Shown here: positions 51,251-62,805 of the stretch, one piece after another
How positions within the stretch are numbered: the stretch's first letter is position 1
Layout of the letters: each line of letters begins with the position of its first letter
DNA from: Octopus bimaculoides
Lineage: Eukaryota
Reading direction: 5' to 3'
Assembly: GCF_001194135.2 (NCBI RefSeq)
Contig: NC_068984.1
Location: 126,332,426-126,396,425 of the forward strand
DNA length: 64,000 nt
Program-made: the position numbers and the translations under genes
The notes under the pieces: generated by a model
The model's input: the letters and a program-made list of their open reading frames with translations, nothing else
Database searches by the model: none
What the model was told of the DNA's origin: nothing

Positions 51251-52909
51251 TACATGCTATCTATATATCTGCTCTTGCTGTTGGTTTTGATTCAGTCTAA
51301 GATGTTTGATGACTAAGCTAACAAAACATTGGAATAAATATTTTTCAGAATTTGTTCTGGCTCTCTACACTCTGTGTTCAAATCCCACCAAGATCAACTT
51401 CACCTTTGACCCCTTTTGGGGTCGATAAAGTAACAGTTTTTATGATGTTTAATAAGGTTTCTCTATGTTCTGCGGTCAGCTTTATATTTAATCTTTCTGA
51501 ACTGATGAAATAAAGAACCAGTCAAGTATGAGGTTGATTTAATATTTGTAAACTTGTGCCTGTGTTATTGTTGCTGTTTAGTCCCAGATTAGCCCTGATT
51601 GAACAGAGCTTTTGTCAAACATGTTCCACCCATGGCCATCCAAACAAACCGACACTGATTGTCAAGTGGTAGGAGAGACAAACACAGACATACACACACA
51701 CTCATATGGCAGGCATCATTATAGTTTCTGTCTGTCAGATTCATTCACAAAGCATGACCTGGTCCAGGGCTATAGTCTTTATATATTTTGTTGGCTATTT
51801 CTTGTGTCTCCACCCAATCACTCCCACCCTCTTTTGTAAAATGTGAGCAGTCATGTTGCTCTTCTACAGTAAGAAACCTGTTCTGTTCTGGCCCCTTTTC
51901 TCATGCTTTTATCCTTCATCTTGCTCCCATGGGGTTTGTCATTAATTTTGCAAGTTGCAGGCAAGCACACTAGTGCTGGTGCCTTGACAAAAACACCCAG
52001 TATATGCCGTAAAGTAGTTGGTATTAAGAAGAACATCTAGCCATAGAAATCATGCCAAGCACAACACTGGAGCATGAGACAGTCCTTGGGTCTATTACAT
52101 CTCATGAAACCATTTAAACCATGCCAGCATGGAACATAGATGTTAAAAGATGATGATAGTGGTAGGGCATGATTTAAGGAAAACTAGGCTACTATTTCTA
52201 ACAGGTTGAGTGACTTTGTAGGGGCTCTACTGTGGGCTTATGTGACTATAGTAGAAGCCATTAGCAGAAATGGTAGAGCAACAGACTAAATACCTTGTAG
52301 TATTTAGTTATATACCTTAATGTTTTGAGCTCAAATCTTGAGGTTAACTTCACCTTTCATCTTCCTGGAGTTGATAATGTAAAGTTGCAGTTTAGTACCA
52401 GGATTGACTACAGCATTTAAATGTGTGTATATGTGTGTGTGGCACAGAGGAAAATGTTGTCTTAGGTAGTTGCAATAGTGTTGGTGGTAGTGGCTGCAGT
52501 GGTGTTTGTGTTAGTGGTGTAGCATTGGTAATAGTAATAGAAAGGTGGTAGTAACAGACAGGATAGTAGTGATGGTAATAGTGGTAAAAGCAGTAACAGT
52601 AAAAGGAGTAGTGGTAGTAGTTGTCAGTGACAGTGTGAAAAGAGACCACTACGGTGCGTCCAGGTTGTATATATGAGAAAGATATTTGCCAAAAAGCTAA
52701 ATAGATTGCTTTCTTCTGTGGTCTACAATATACTGTTGATTGAAGGTCTAACCATCTACTATTGATTGAATATCTAACCATTTCATATATTGATTACATA
52801 ATGGGGAATGTATAACTAAGATTTCTACATCACTTTCTAACCAATCTCTCTTTCACTCTCTCACCCTTTCTCACATGTGTGTGTGTGTGTGTATATATTT
52901 TCTGTTTTA

Positions 52910-53250
52910 CCTTTTGCTTGTTTTAGTTATTGGATTGCTGTAATGCTGGGGCACTGCCCTGATGGGCTTTAGTCAAACAAATCGACCCTGGTACTTATTT
53001 TCGAAGTCTGGTATTTATTCTGTCAGTCTCTTTTGCCAAAGTGCTCAGTTATGGGGACATAAACAAACCAACACTGATTGTCAAGTGGTAAAGGAGATAA
53101 AGACACACACACACACATGACAGGCTTCATCACAGTTTCTGTCTGCCAAATTCACTCTCAAGGCATTGCCTCGCCCTGGGCCAGAGTAGAACTGATACTA
53201 AACTTGAACCAACATGGTCGCAGAGTGAAGTCCTTAACCTCACAGCCTAT
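52910..53250 (-). mobile_element. SINE family A
   Basis: Reverse-complement tail and core. A second partial copy follows at ~53325-53530. Confidence 0.75.
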
Positions 53251-53930
53251 TACTGGTATAACAATGATAATGCATCAGTAATTTATTAATTAAACTAATT
53301 GTTAAGGAAGCTTTATATATTCTTTTATTCTTTTACTTGCTTCAGTCATTTGAACTGTGGCTCTGCTGGAGCACCACCTTTAAGGGTTTTTTTAGTCAAA
53401 GAAATCAACCCCAGACTAAATACCTTGTTTGTAAGCCTAGTACTTATTCTATCAGTCCTTTTTGCTGAACCACTAAGTTACAGGGATGTAAACACACCAA
53501 CATTGGTTATCAAGTGATAGTGGGGGGGGGGGGCAAAGACGTGCATAACATAAATATATACATACTTATATACACGCACACACACACACACATACCCCAT
53601 TGTTTACATTACAATCAACATACCAACTCCATCCAGTCAATCATCTTCATCATTCCTCTTTCCATGTTATCATGTGTTAGGTGGATCTGCCTCACAACAT
53701 ACTATCAGACCCAGCTAGTGAGTCAACAAAGGACTCTCTGAGCAGCTGTTTGACCTGCTCAAAATTGCAGTCAAATTACCTTCATATCACAGCCTAAAGA
53801 AGGACACATTGTTACAATGTAGTACTAGAAAATAAATAAATAAATAAAATAAAATAAAAGGACGGCACAACAGGATTGTGTTTGATCACAAGTTTGCTTA
53901 ATTAGTATTTAGTTAGTGTTAAACAACAGC

Positions 53931-54123
53931 TGTGTGTTGGCACTCCGTCGCTTACGACGAGAGAGAAAGTTGTGGTGGAAGAGTACAGCAGGGTTCGCCA
54001 CCATCCCCTGCCGGAGCCTCGTGGAGCTTTAGGTGTTTTTGCTCAATAAACACTCACAATGCCCGGTCTGGGAATCGAAACCGCGAGTCCGCTGCCCTAA
54101 CCACTGGGCCATTGCGCCTCCAC
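53931..54123 (-). mobile_element. Young, internally deleted SINE family B with 11-bp TSD
   Basis: Head matches 1586-1760 and is joined directly to the 3' end gtcgtaagcgacggagtgcc. TSD taaacaacagc at 53920-53930 and 54124-54134. Confidence 0.9.
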
Positions 54124-54280
54124 TAAACAACAGCAACAACCCAGCTAAAAGTTTAATACGTATACACTGCTGTTTCTGTATAAACATTGATCTGAATAAA
54201 CCTAACTGAATATTTGTTAAATATTACACTGCTCAATATGTGTAAGTATAGATGAACAATATGCTTACCAACTTATTTTG

Positions 54281-54325
<45 letters not shown>

Positions 54326-55040
54326 TCTTCGAAACGCCAGTGTTTTAATGGTGGCAACTGATGAATGATATGTCCTCTATGTGGCCTGCTTGTTTTTTGT
54401 AACTTGTTTATCATTCTGTCCATGTTTTTTTNNNNNNNNNNNNNNNNNNNNNNNNNNNNNNNNNNNNNNNNNNNNNNNNNNNNNNNNNNNNNNNNNNNNN
54501 NNNNNNNNNNNNNNNNNNNNNNNNNNNNNNNNNNNNNNNNNNNNNNNNNNNNNNNNATATATATATATATATAGCTTTTGAATAGACCCAGCTAAATATT
54601 TACTGAACATATACTGCTGTACATATAAAATATATGACTTTTGAATAAAACCAAGCTAAATATTTAGTTAACAAACCCACTTCACACATCAGAGTACTGA
54701 TTCTTCCTCTGGTGCAGAACATTTTAGTACTCAGCTCAGCTGCCTTTCAACTGCCCGTTATTGATAAAACAAATGACAAAATCTTATCTTCTCTTATAAT
54801 TCCATTCACATCTAGAATGCATTATAGGAATAAAAATTGATTCTAATACTCTGTAAGTCACATGACAGGCTATTCAGCTTGGAGGCCAGTGACTCTGAAC
54901 AAGAACAGAAACAGAGCAGAAGTTATTCTTCAGTCTGACTTCTATTAGACAACTCTCCATTCAACCATCCTAGCATGGAAAAAAACTAATGCAGTGGTAG
55001 TCTGATGGTGATGATAGGTCACAGGAAATCTTGACATGTT

Positions 55041-55201
55041 AAGGAGTGGCTGTGTGGTAAGTAGCTTGCCTACCAACCACATAGTTCCGGGTTCAGTCCC
55101 ACTGCGGGGCACCTTGGGCAAGTGTCTTCTACTATAGCCTCGGGCCGACCAAAGCCTTGTGAGTGGATTTGGTAGACGGAAACTGAAAGAAGCCCGTCGT
55201 A

Positions 55202-55264
<63 letters not shown>

Positions 55265-55479
55265 TTATGTGTCTGTGTTTGTCCCCCCAACATCGCTTGA
55301 CAACCGATGCTGGTGTGTTTACGTCCCCGTAACTTAGTGGTTTGGCAAAAAGATACTGATAGAATAAGTACTAGGCTTCCAAAGAATAAGTCCTGGGGTC
55401 GATTTGCTCGACTAAAGGCGGTGCTCCAGCATGGCCGCAGTCAAATAACTGAAACAAGTAAAAGAGTAAAAGAGTAAAG
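55041..55479 (+). mobile_element. Young full-length SINE family A
   Basis: A box tggctgtgtgg, B box ggttcagtccc, core caccttgggcaagtg (CORE-like), (TA)n(TG)n hinge, tail (aaagagt)n. Many CpGs intact. Confidence 0.92.
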
Positions 55480-55815
55480 TGTATGTTTATTAATGGTGTA
55501 TGTTTAGCTTGGGAGCTGTTGTTAATGAGATGTAGTGATGTGGTGTGGTTTTATCATTCAATGTCAGGAGGTCACTACAGAACGTTCACTCACGTATGGG
55601 GTGGTGTATATTTTGTGTTGGAAAGTTGTTCATGAGATTTGGTGATGTGGTGGGTTTTGTCAATGTTGAAAATTTACTTGAAATAGTTTGTTTTATGTTG
55701 TGATGAGGTATTTTATGTTCGGCTGTTGTTCCTGAGATGTTGGTGGGATAGGGATGACTGTATCATTGTTGAGAGGTCACTAGAGCTGGTCGGTTCTTAT
55801 ATCTATAGTGATAGT

Positions 55816-56008
55816 ACCGGCTGACTGGCCTTTGTGTGGGTGACACGTAAAAGCACCCACTACACTCTCTGAGTGGTTGGCGTTAGGAAGGGCATCCAGC
55901 TGTAGAAACTCTGCCAAATCAGATTGGAGCCTGGTGTAGCCATCTGGTTTCACCAGTCCTCAGTCAAATTGTCCAACCCATGCTAGCATGGAAAACGGAC
56001 GTTAAACG

Positions 56009-56040
<32 letters not shown>

Positions 56041-56043
56041 GAT
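55816..56043 (+). mobile_element. Young RTE-type 3' tail element with (GAT)n tail
   Basis: gacacgtaaaagcacccactacactc...ggcgttaggaagggcatccagc...ggacgttaaacgatgatgatgat. Confidence 0.88.
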
Positions 56044-56750
56044 GTATATATTTTACATTGCATAATAGGGGAGTAAATGTTTTTTAACTTTAGTTCAACT
56101 CTTATTGAGCAGACTTATGATCAAAGGCAGTCTAGTCATGACCATTTCCTCATTTATAGGGTATATCTAGGACAACATTATTTAAGGTGGTGTTGCATGA
56201 CTTGAGAAGGATTTGGTTTCTATATCTAGTAATTTGAATGGTTACATAGAGGTTAATTCATTAGTTTCCTTTAGTAGTCTTCTACAGTTTCTCTTAACCA
56301 AATTTCTCTTACAAAACTCTGCCTTGTCTAGTACAAGATAAGTTCCAAAGTGCTGTCTGGAGAGATCGAACTATGAATCATGTGGTTGCAAAGCAAAACT
56401 TTTATCCACACAGCCATTCTTGCATCCTTCTGAAGGGGTATTCATAAGTTATAGTTTTGCGATGTGATTTTATCAATGTTGTTAAATCATTAGAAATATG
56501 CTATATATAAGTTTTGGTGTCATTAATCTTTTCTGACACCAACCCATCTGAGACATTCCCTGGTTCAGCAATACCAACTTTCTATATTAAAGTGATTTAA
56601 ATTAAAACCTGCCATCAAAAGTGTTTCAAACACCAGCTTTTATACCTTTCAGGTATAAAATAAGCACCAAATTGAGCACTGGAGTCGATGTAATCAACTA
56701 GCCTCCTCTCCCATAATTTCAGGCCATGTTTCTGTTATAGAATTATTATT

Positions 56751-56977
56751 AAGGTGGTGATCTGGCAGAACCATTAGCAGACCAGACAAAATGCTTAGTG
56801 ATATTTCATCCATCTTTACATTCTGAGTTCAAATTCCGCCAAGGTCGACTTTACCTTTTATCCGTTCAGGGTCAATGAAATATGTACCAATTGAGCACTG
56901 GGGTTAATGTAATTGACAAGCTCGCCCCACAAAATTTCAGGCTTTGTGCCTATAGTAAAAAGGATTATTTTTATTAT
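56751..56977 (+). mobile_element. SINE family C, starting directly after the (ATT)n tail of a preceding partial copy
   Basis: attattatt|aaggtggtgatctggcagaa...aaaggattattt. Confidence 0.88.
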
Positions 56978-57232
56978 CATCTTTCAATTCTGTTTCCATT
57001 TCTTGCCGAGTGCCTTCGTGACACCTAGGGCAGAGAAATACAATAAACACATCAAATTATCCATTTACAAGGTCATGTGATAGAAAGACAGAGAGAAAGA
57101 ATGAAAAATAAACAAGTAAACTAAGAAAATAAAGGTGAAAAAGGGAGAAAAAATTCACAGCGACGAAGCCCTTCTCAATACGTGTGGCGTACCACTTAAG
57201 ACAATCTTTTGCACTTTCTGCATGGATGTTAA

Positions 57233-57431
57233 GCCAGGAATCATTCTGGGTAAAATGCTTGGCAGCATTTTTGTCTGTCTTCGCATTCTGAGTTCAAATT
57301 CTGCTGTGGTTGACTTTGCTTTTCATCCTTTGAGGTGGATAAAATAAGTATTGGTTGAGCACCGGGATCAACATACTACCTCCAGCATATTTGCTGGACT
57401 TGTGTCAAAATTTTAAACTATTATTATTATT
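57233..57431 (+). mobile_element. Diverged SINE family C
   Basis: aaaatgcttggcagcatt...ctgagttcaaattc...tttcatcctttgaggtggataaa...ctattattattatt. Confidence 0.75.
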
Positions 57432-57844
57432 ACAGTTCTATATTTAAGAGATGAGGAACTATGTACATTATTTACAATTGACAGGTATTTGTCCTCATCT
57501 TGTTTGTTGTTAACACATCGTTTCAGCTGATATACCCTCCAGCCTTCATGAGGTGTCTTGGGGAAATTTCGAACCTGGGTTCTCATTCCTAATTTTTCCA
57601 TTGAAGTCAAATGTCGGCTCCGTACCAATTAGATAATACAGTTCTATATTTAAGAGATGAGGAATTATTTACAATTGACGGATATTTGTCCTCATCTTGT
57701 TTGTTGTTAACACATCGTTTCGGCTGATATACCCTCCAGCCTTCATGAGGTGTCTTGGGGAAATTTCGAACCTGGGTTCTCATTCCTAATTTTTCCATTG
57801 AAGTCAAATGTCGGCTCCGTACCAATTAGATAATACAGTTCTAT
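57432..57844 (-). repeat. Tandem ~200-bp units (206 bp, 197 bp, third unit entering the gap), each with a hammerhead-like fold
   Basis: Unit start acagttctat at 57432, 57638 and 57835. Minus strand GACAC-CTCATGA-a-GGCTG gagggtatat CAGCC-GAAA-CGAT-GTGTT at 57709-57754 and 57512-57557. Confidence 0.85.
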
Positions 57845-58615
57845 NNNNNNNNNNNNNNNNNNNNNNNNNNNNNNNNNNNNNNNNNNNNNNNNNNNNNNNN
57901 NNNNNNNNNNNNNNNNNNNNNNNNNNNNNNNNNNNNNNNNNNNNNNNNNNNNNNNNNNNNNNNNNNNNNNNNNNNNNNNNNNNNNNNNNNNNNNNNNNNN
58001 NNNNNNNNNNNNNNNNNNNNNNNNNNNNNNNNNNNNNNNNNNNNNNNNNNNNNNNNNNNNNNNNNNNNNNNNNNNNNNNNNNNNNNNNNNNNNNNNNNNN
58101 NNNNNNNNNNNNNNNNNNNNNNNNNNNNNNNNNNNNNNNNNNNNNNNNNNNNNNNNNNNNNNNNNNNNNNNNNNNNNNNNNNNNNNNNNNNNNNNNNNNN
58201 NNNNNNNNNNNNNNNNNNNNNNNNNNNNNNNNNNNNNNNNNNNNNNNNNNNNNNNNNNNNNNNNNNNNNNNNNNNNNNNNNNNNNNNNNNNNNNNNNNNN
58301 NNNNNNNNNNNNNNNNNNNNNNNNNNNNNNNNNNNNNNNNNNNNNNNNNNNNNNNNNNNNNNNNNNNNNNNNNNNNNNNNNNNNNNNNNNNNNNNNNNNN
58401 NNNNNNNNNNNNNNNNNNNNNNNNNNNNNNNNNNNNNNNNNNNNNNNNNNNNNNNNNNNNNNNNNNNNNNNNNNNNNNNNNNNNNNNNNNNNNNNNNNNN
58501 NNNNNNNNNNNNNNNNNNNNNNNNNNNNNNNNNNNNNNNNNNNNNNNNNNNNNNNNNNNNNNNNNNNNNNNNNNNNNNNNNNNNNNNNNNNNNNNNNNNN
58601 NNNNNNNNNNNNNNN

Positions 58616-58866
58616 CTGTATTGAAAGTGTTTTGCGTAGAATGTGTGCAGTACCCAGTAGTGCAATTTTCTGTATGTTATATATATTTGTAAGTCCTGGT
58701 GTTTTTGTTATGTATTTGTCTGAATATTTTTTTATTATACCTAAGGCACCTACTATGATAGGAATTGTTTCTGTTTTTAGATTCCACATTCGAGTTATCT
58801 CTATTTCCAGGTCTTTGTATTTTGAAAGTTTTTCCATTTCTTTTAGAGAAACGTTGTCATCTGCTG

Positions 58867-58870
<4 letters not shown>
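58616..58870 (-). pseudogene. 5'-truncated R4/Dong-clade non-LTR retrotransposon, C-terminal restriction-like endonuclease region
   Basis: IPADDNVSLKEMEKLSKYKDLEIEITRMWNLKTETIPIIVGALG...LQ-like KIALLGTAHILRK fits the R4/Dong IPxDxN...EKxxKYxDL...W...IPIVxGALG...LLGTAxILR pattern. No stops until the gap. Confidence 0.85.
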
Positions 58871-58930
<60 letters not shown>

Positions 58931-58937
58931 TATTATT
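58868..58937. repeat. (TAT)n / (TAA)n microsatellite
   Basis: ~23 trinucleotide units with one interruption. Confidence 0.95.
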
Positions 58938-59166
58938 AAGGTGGTGAGCTGGCAGAATCGTTAGCACTCTGGGCAAAATGTTTAGTGGTATTTCTTCCTC
59001 CTTTATGTTCTGAGTTCAAATTCCGCTGAGACTGACTTTGCCTTTCATCCTTTCGAGGCTGATTAAATAAGTACCAGTTACACACTGGGGTCGATGTAAT
59101 CGACTTACCCCCTCCTCCCAAATTCCAGGCCTTCATTCTATAGTAGAAAAGATTATTATTATTATT
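58938..59166 (+). mobile_element. Full-length SINE family C
   Basis: aaggtggtgagctggcagaatcg...gagttcaaattccgc...tttcatcctttcgaggc...gaaaagattattattattatt. Confidence 0.9.
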
Positions 59167-59866
59167 AGTAGTAGTAGTAGTAGCAACTACAGGTGCAACA
59201 GTGTTAGTAGTAGTAGTAGGACTGTCTGAGGACGGCATTAAGGGAAGAGGTAGTTCTTAAAGCACTCACTTTTTGTCACTTAAACTGTTACCCTAATTCT
59301 GTCACGGGCCCGCACTAAGAGCAGAAGTGTTTGTGAAATACTTGGTCACTTAACACTACAATGATTTCATCTATTGAACCAAACAGCTGCCAGATCCATT
59401 CATTTCAAAGAGGGAGTGACAGCTCGTTTTGTGGGAGTAGGCAGTGCTAAATGTGAAATTAAGGTGGGGGTGGTGGTAGTTTTATGGGCTGGACACTGGT
59501 TGATATGATGCAATGAATATGGTGTATATACCTGCGTACAGGATGTATTATATTTGTGTTTATGATCATGACAAGTTATGATTTGGCTTACGTTATTTTC
59601 TAATATTGCTTGTCTCAGAAGATAGTTATATTTCAAAGCTTCTCTTTGACTGGGTGGGGATGGAGGTTTGGGTGTGTGGTGGTGTTGGTAGTCACAAGAA
59701 GGGAGAGGATTTTCTATATACTTTGAGCGAGAGTGTTTATGTTAGTCTATGTGTATATGCCTTTGAGTGAGGTATCTGTGCATGTGTGCACATGTAAGTA
59801 CAAAGAGTATGCATGATTTAAAGATCTTCACTCAGCTGAGTTACACACCTTTTATATATATCTATA

Positions 59867-59902
<36 letters not shown>

Positions 59903-60049
59903 CACACACACATAAACAAATACATACATGCTTAATATATATATATATGAGGAAGAATGACAGTAAATTCTCATTAACGCTAATGACTTTTTTCTCATTA
60001 GAGTTGTAGTTTCAATTAATTGAAAATTATTTTTGGCTCACCACCTCAT

Positions 60050-60087
<38 letters not shown>

Positions 60088-60224
60088 TCAATCACATGGT
60101 TCCATGTCCAATCCCACTGTGTGGTGTCTTGGGCTTGCATCTTCTACTGTAGTCCCAGTTTGACTAATTATTCTTGGAAAGAATTACTTCCTGTTATTGA
60201 ACTTTCTAAATTCTTATGATGTCA

Positions 60225-60259
<35 letters not shown>

Positions 60260-60301
60260 TCTACATGTACATACACACACAATAATTTCTCACTCTGTCT
60301 G

Positions 60302-60336
<35 letters not shown>

Positions 60337-60355
60337 GTGTATATAGTAGTAATAA

Positions 60356-60395
60356 GGATCTGAAGAATCAAACAGGTGTGAAACAGCTGTAAATG
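60356..60395 (+). ncRNA. Hammerhead-core-like motif
   Basis: ggat-CTGAAGA-atcaaacaggtgt-GAAA-CAGCTG-TA-aatg. Core intact, stems I and II poor. Confidence 0.4.
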
Positions 60396-60460
60396 AATGG
60401 AATAAACATCTCTCTCACATCACTTCTCTTATCTTTTCTACACACACACACATGTATATA

Positions 60461-60511
<51 letters not shown>

Positions 60512-61550
60512 TATCATTTAATGTCCATTTTCCATGTTGGCATGGATGGGAGGGTTCAACAGGAACTAGCAGGCTAGAGAGCTACACCAGACTCCATTTG
60601 TCTGTTTTGGCATGGTTTCTATGGCTGGATGCCCTTCCTAATGCCAACCACCTAACAGAGTGGATTGGGTGCTTTTTATATGTGCTCTTTTTCTTTATGT
60701 CTCAGTCTTATGGCTACTGGAATCAATATAGAACAGCTGCTGTGCTGATGGTGTCTGTTGAGTTTTGTCTCCAGAAGAAACACTCATTTCTTTACTGACA
60801 AGTCAATTCTGAAGAATTATAGATTCTTGAGATTATCAACCGTTCTCAATCAGAGTGAATCACAAATGCTGTCAGGTATTTGTTTACTGTCTCTTGAAGG
60901 GAAAGTGTTTTCAATAAATCATGAATTTAATCATGTTTATTATTTAATATACCTGTATTTTTATTTTGTTGTCCAAATTCATGCCACAGTACTTAGCTTC
61001 TTTCTGTTCTCTCCCCCCCTCTCTCTCTATATATATATCTGTATGTATGTATGTATGTATGTGTGTGTGTGTAGGTGTGTATAATGTGTTTAAGTATGAA
61101 TGTGCTTGTGTTTACAAGTGTAAAACAAATAGTAAGCTCACTGAACTGAACCCCTTTATATAAAAATAGCATCTTTGGAAATAGAGTAATGACTAAACTG
61201 AAATACATACTGCGGATGTTATGAGTTACTAAGACACTTAAAAAGGTGGTATCCTAAAATAGTCCAGTGACTACAACCAGAAAAAGCGTGTGTGTGTGTG
61301 TATACGCGCGCACATGCATGCATGCACACACACACGGAATCACTAGATATAGTTGATATGATTTTCAAGGCTCAGTATGTAACTTAATCTATTGTACACA
61401 ATATTTATATCATTCGCGTGTAACAATTGATTGCTAAACTATAGAACAAAATCGACGACATAAAATATTAAAGACGCAACATTTATATTATTCATTATTC
61501 AACAATTTACTGATAAATAAATATTTTGAATCAGTCTATACACACATCTA

Positions 61551-62380
61551 GATGCAGGTGTGGGTTTGTAATCAAGAACTTTGTTTCCCCAACTATATAG
61601 TTTTATGTGTAGTGGCTTGTGCAACAGCCCCCGGTTGACCAAAGCCTGTGAGTGGATCTGGTTAGTGGAAAATGAAAGAAGCCCTTTTTATATATACTCT
61701 TTTACTCTTTTACTTGTTTCAGTCATTTGACTGTGGCCATGCTGGAGCACCGCCATTAGTCGAGCAAATCGACCCCAGGACTTATTCTTTGTAAGCCTAG
61801 TACTTATTCTATCGGTCACTTTTGCCGAACCGTTAAGTGACGAGGACATAAGCACACCAGCATCAGTTGTCAAGCAATGCTAAGGGGGACAAACACAGAC
61901 ACACAAACACATACATATATATATATATATACATATATACGACGGGCTTCTTTCAGTTTCCATCTACCAAATCCACTCACAAGGCTTTGGTCGGCCCGAG
62001 GCTATAGTAGAAGACACTTGCCCAAGGTGCCACGTAGTGGGACTGAACCTGGAACCATGTAGTTGGTAAGCAAGCTACTTACCACACAGCCACTCCTGTG
62101 CCTATATATACATGTGTGTGACTGTTTATGTATGTGTGTGTAAGTTTTTGTTTCCTTGTTTGACATTGTGTGTTAGTTGTGAGTGAGTGTCACTGTCATA
62201 CAAACTGTGTCATTCATTTCCAATATTCTGCAGAAGTATACCTGGCCAGGGAAAAATATTACCTTGCTTGGAAACAGGTGAATGTAGGTGTCAGGTATGG
62301 TATTCAGCTGTAGAAAATCTGCCTTGATAAACTCCACGCAAGCATGGAAAAGTAGATGTTAATATGGATGATGATGATTT
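61551..62380 (+). mobile_element. Old SINE with family A head and RTE-type (GAT)n tail (family D), split by a younger SINE
   Basis: Head/core at 61551-61690. The 3' half at 62104-62380 (ttccaatattctg...ggaaacaggtga...gcatggaaaagtagatg...gatgatgat) matches 45490-45780. Confidence 0.65.
61695..62103 (-). mobile_element. Young full-length SINE family A
   Basis: Near-perfect reverse complement of 55041-55479. Confidence 0.92.
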
Positions 62381-62419
62381 CATATATATATATATATAGA
62401 TAGATATATAGATAGATAT

Positions 62420-62805
62420 ATCTTTTACTTTTTTCAGTCATTAGACTGCAGCCATGGTGGGACACCACCTTGAAGAATTTTTAGTTAAAACAATTTACCT
62501 CAGTACTTATTTTCTGTTAAGCCTGATACTTATTCTACTGGTCCCTTTTGCCGAACCACTAAGTTATAGGTATGTAAACATGCCAACTCTGTTTGTCAAG
62601 TGGTGGTAGGGACAAACACAGACACAAACTCACACACATATATGACGGGCATCTTTTAGTTTCCTTCTATCAAATCCAATCTCAAGGCTTTGGCTGACCC
62701 AAGGCTATAGTAGATGATACTTACCTAAGATGCCACACAGTGGGACTGAACTTGGAACGATGTGGTTGGGAAGCAAACTTCTTACCACACAGCCATGCCT
62801 GCACT
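62420..62805 (-). mobile_element. SINE family A
   Basis: Reverse-complement tail, core and head (ccacacagccatgcctgcac). Confidence 0.85.

Noticed and set aside
54326-54372. Permuted (type II) hammerhead GAAACG...CTGATGA
   Set aside because: Stems I and II cannot be closed; kept only as part of the 48240/54320 repeat-family observation.
57432-57844. Tandem array as CRISPR
   Set aside because: Whole ~200-bp units repeat with no unique spacers, there are no cas genes, and the context is eukaryotic.
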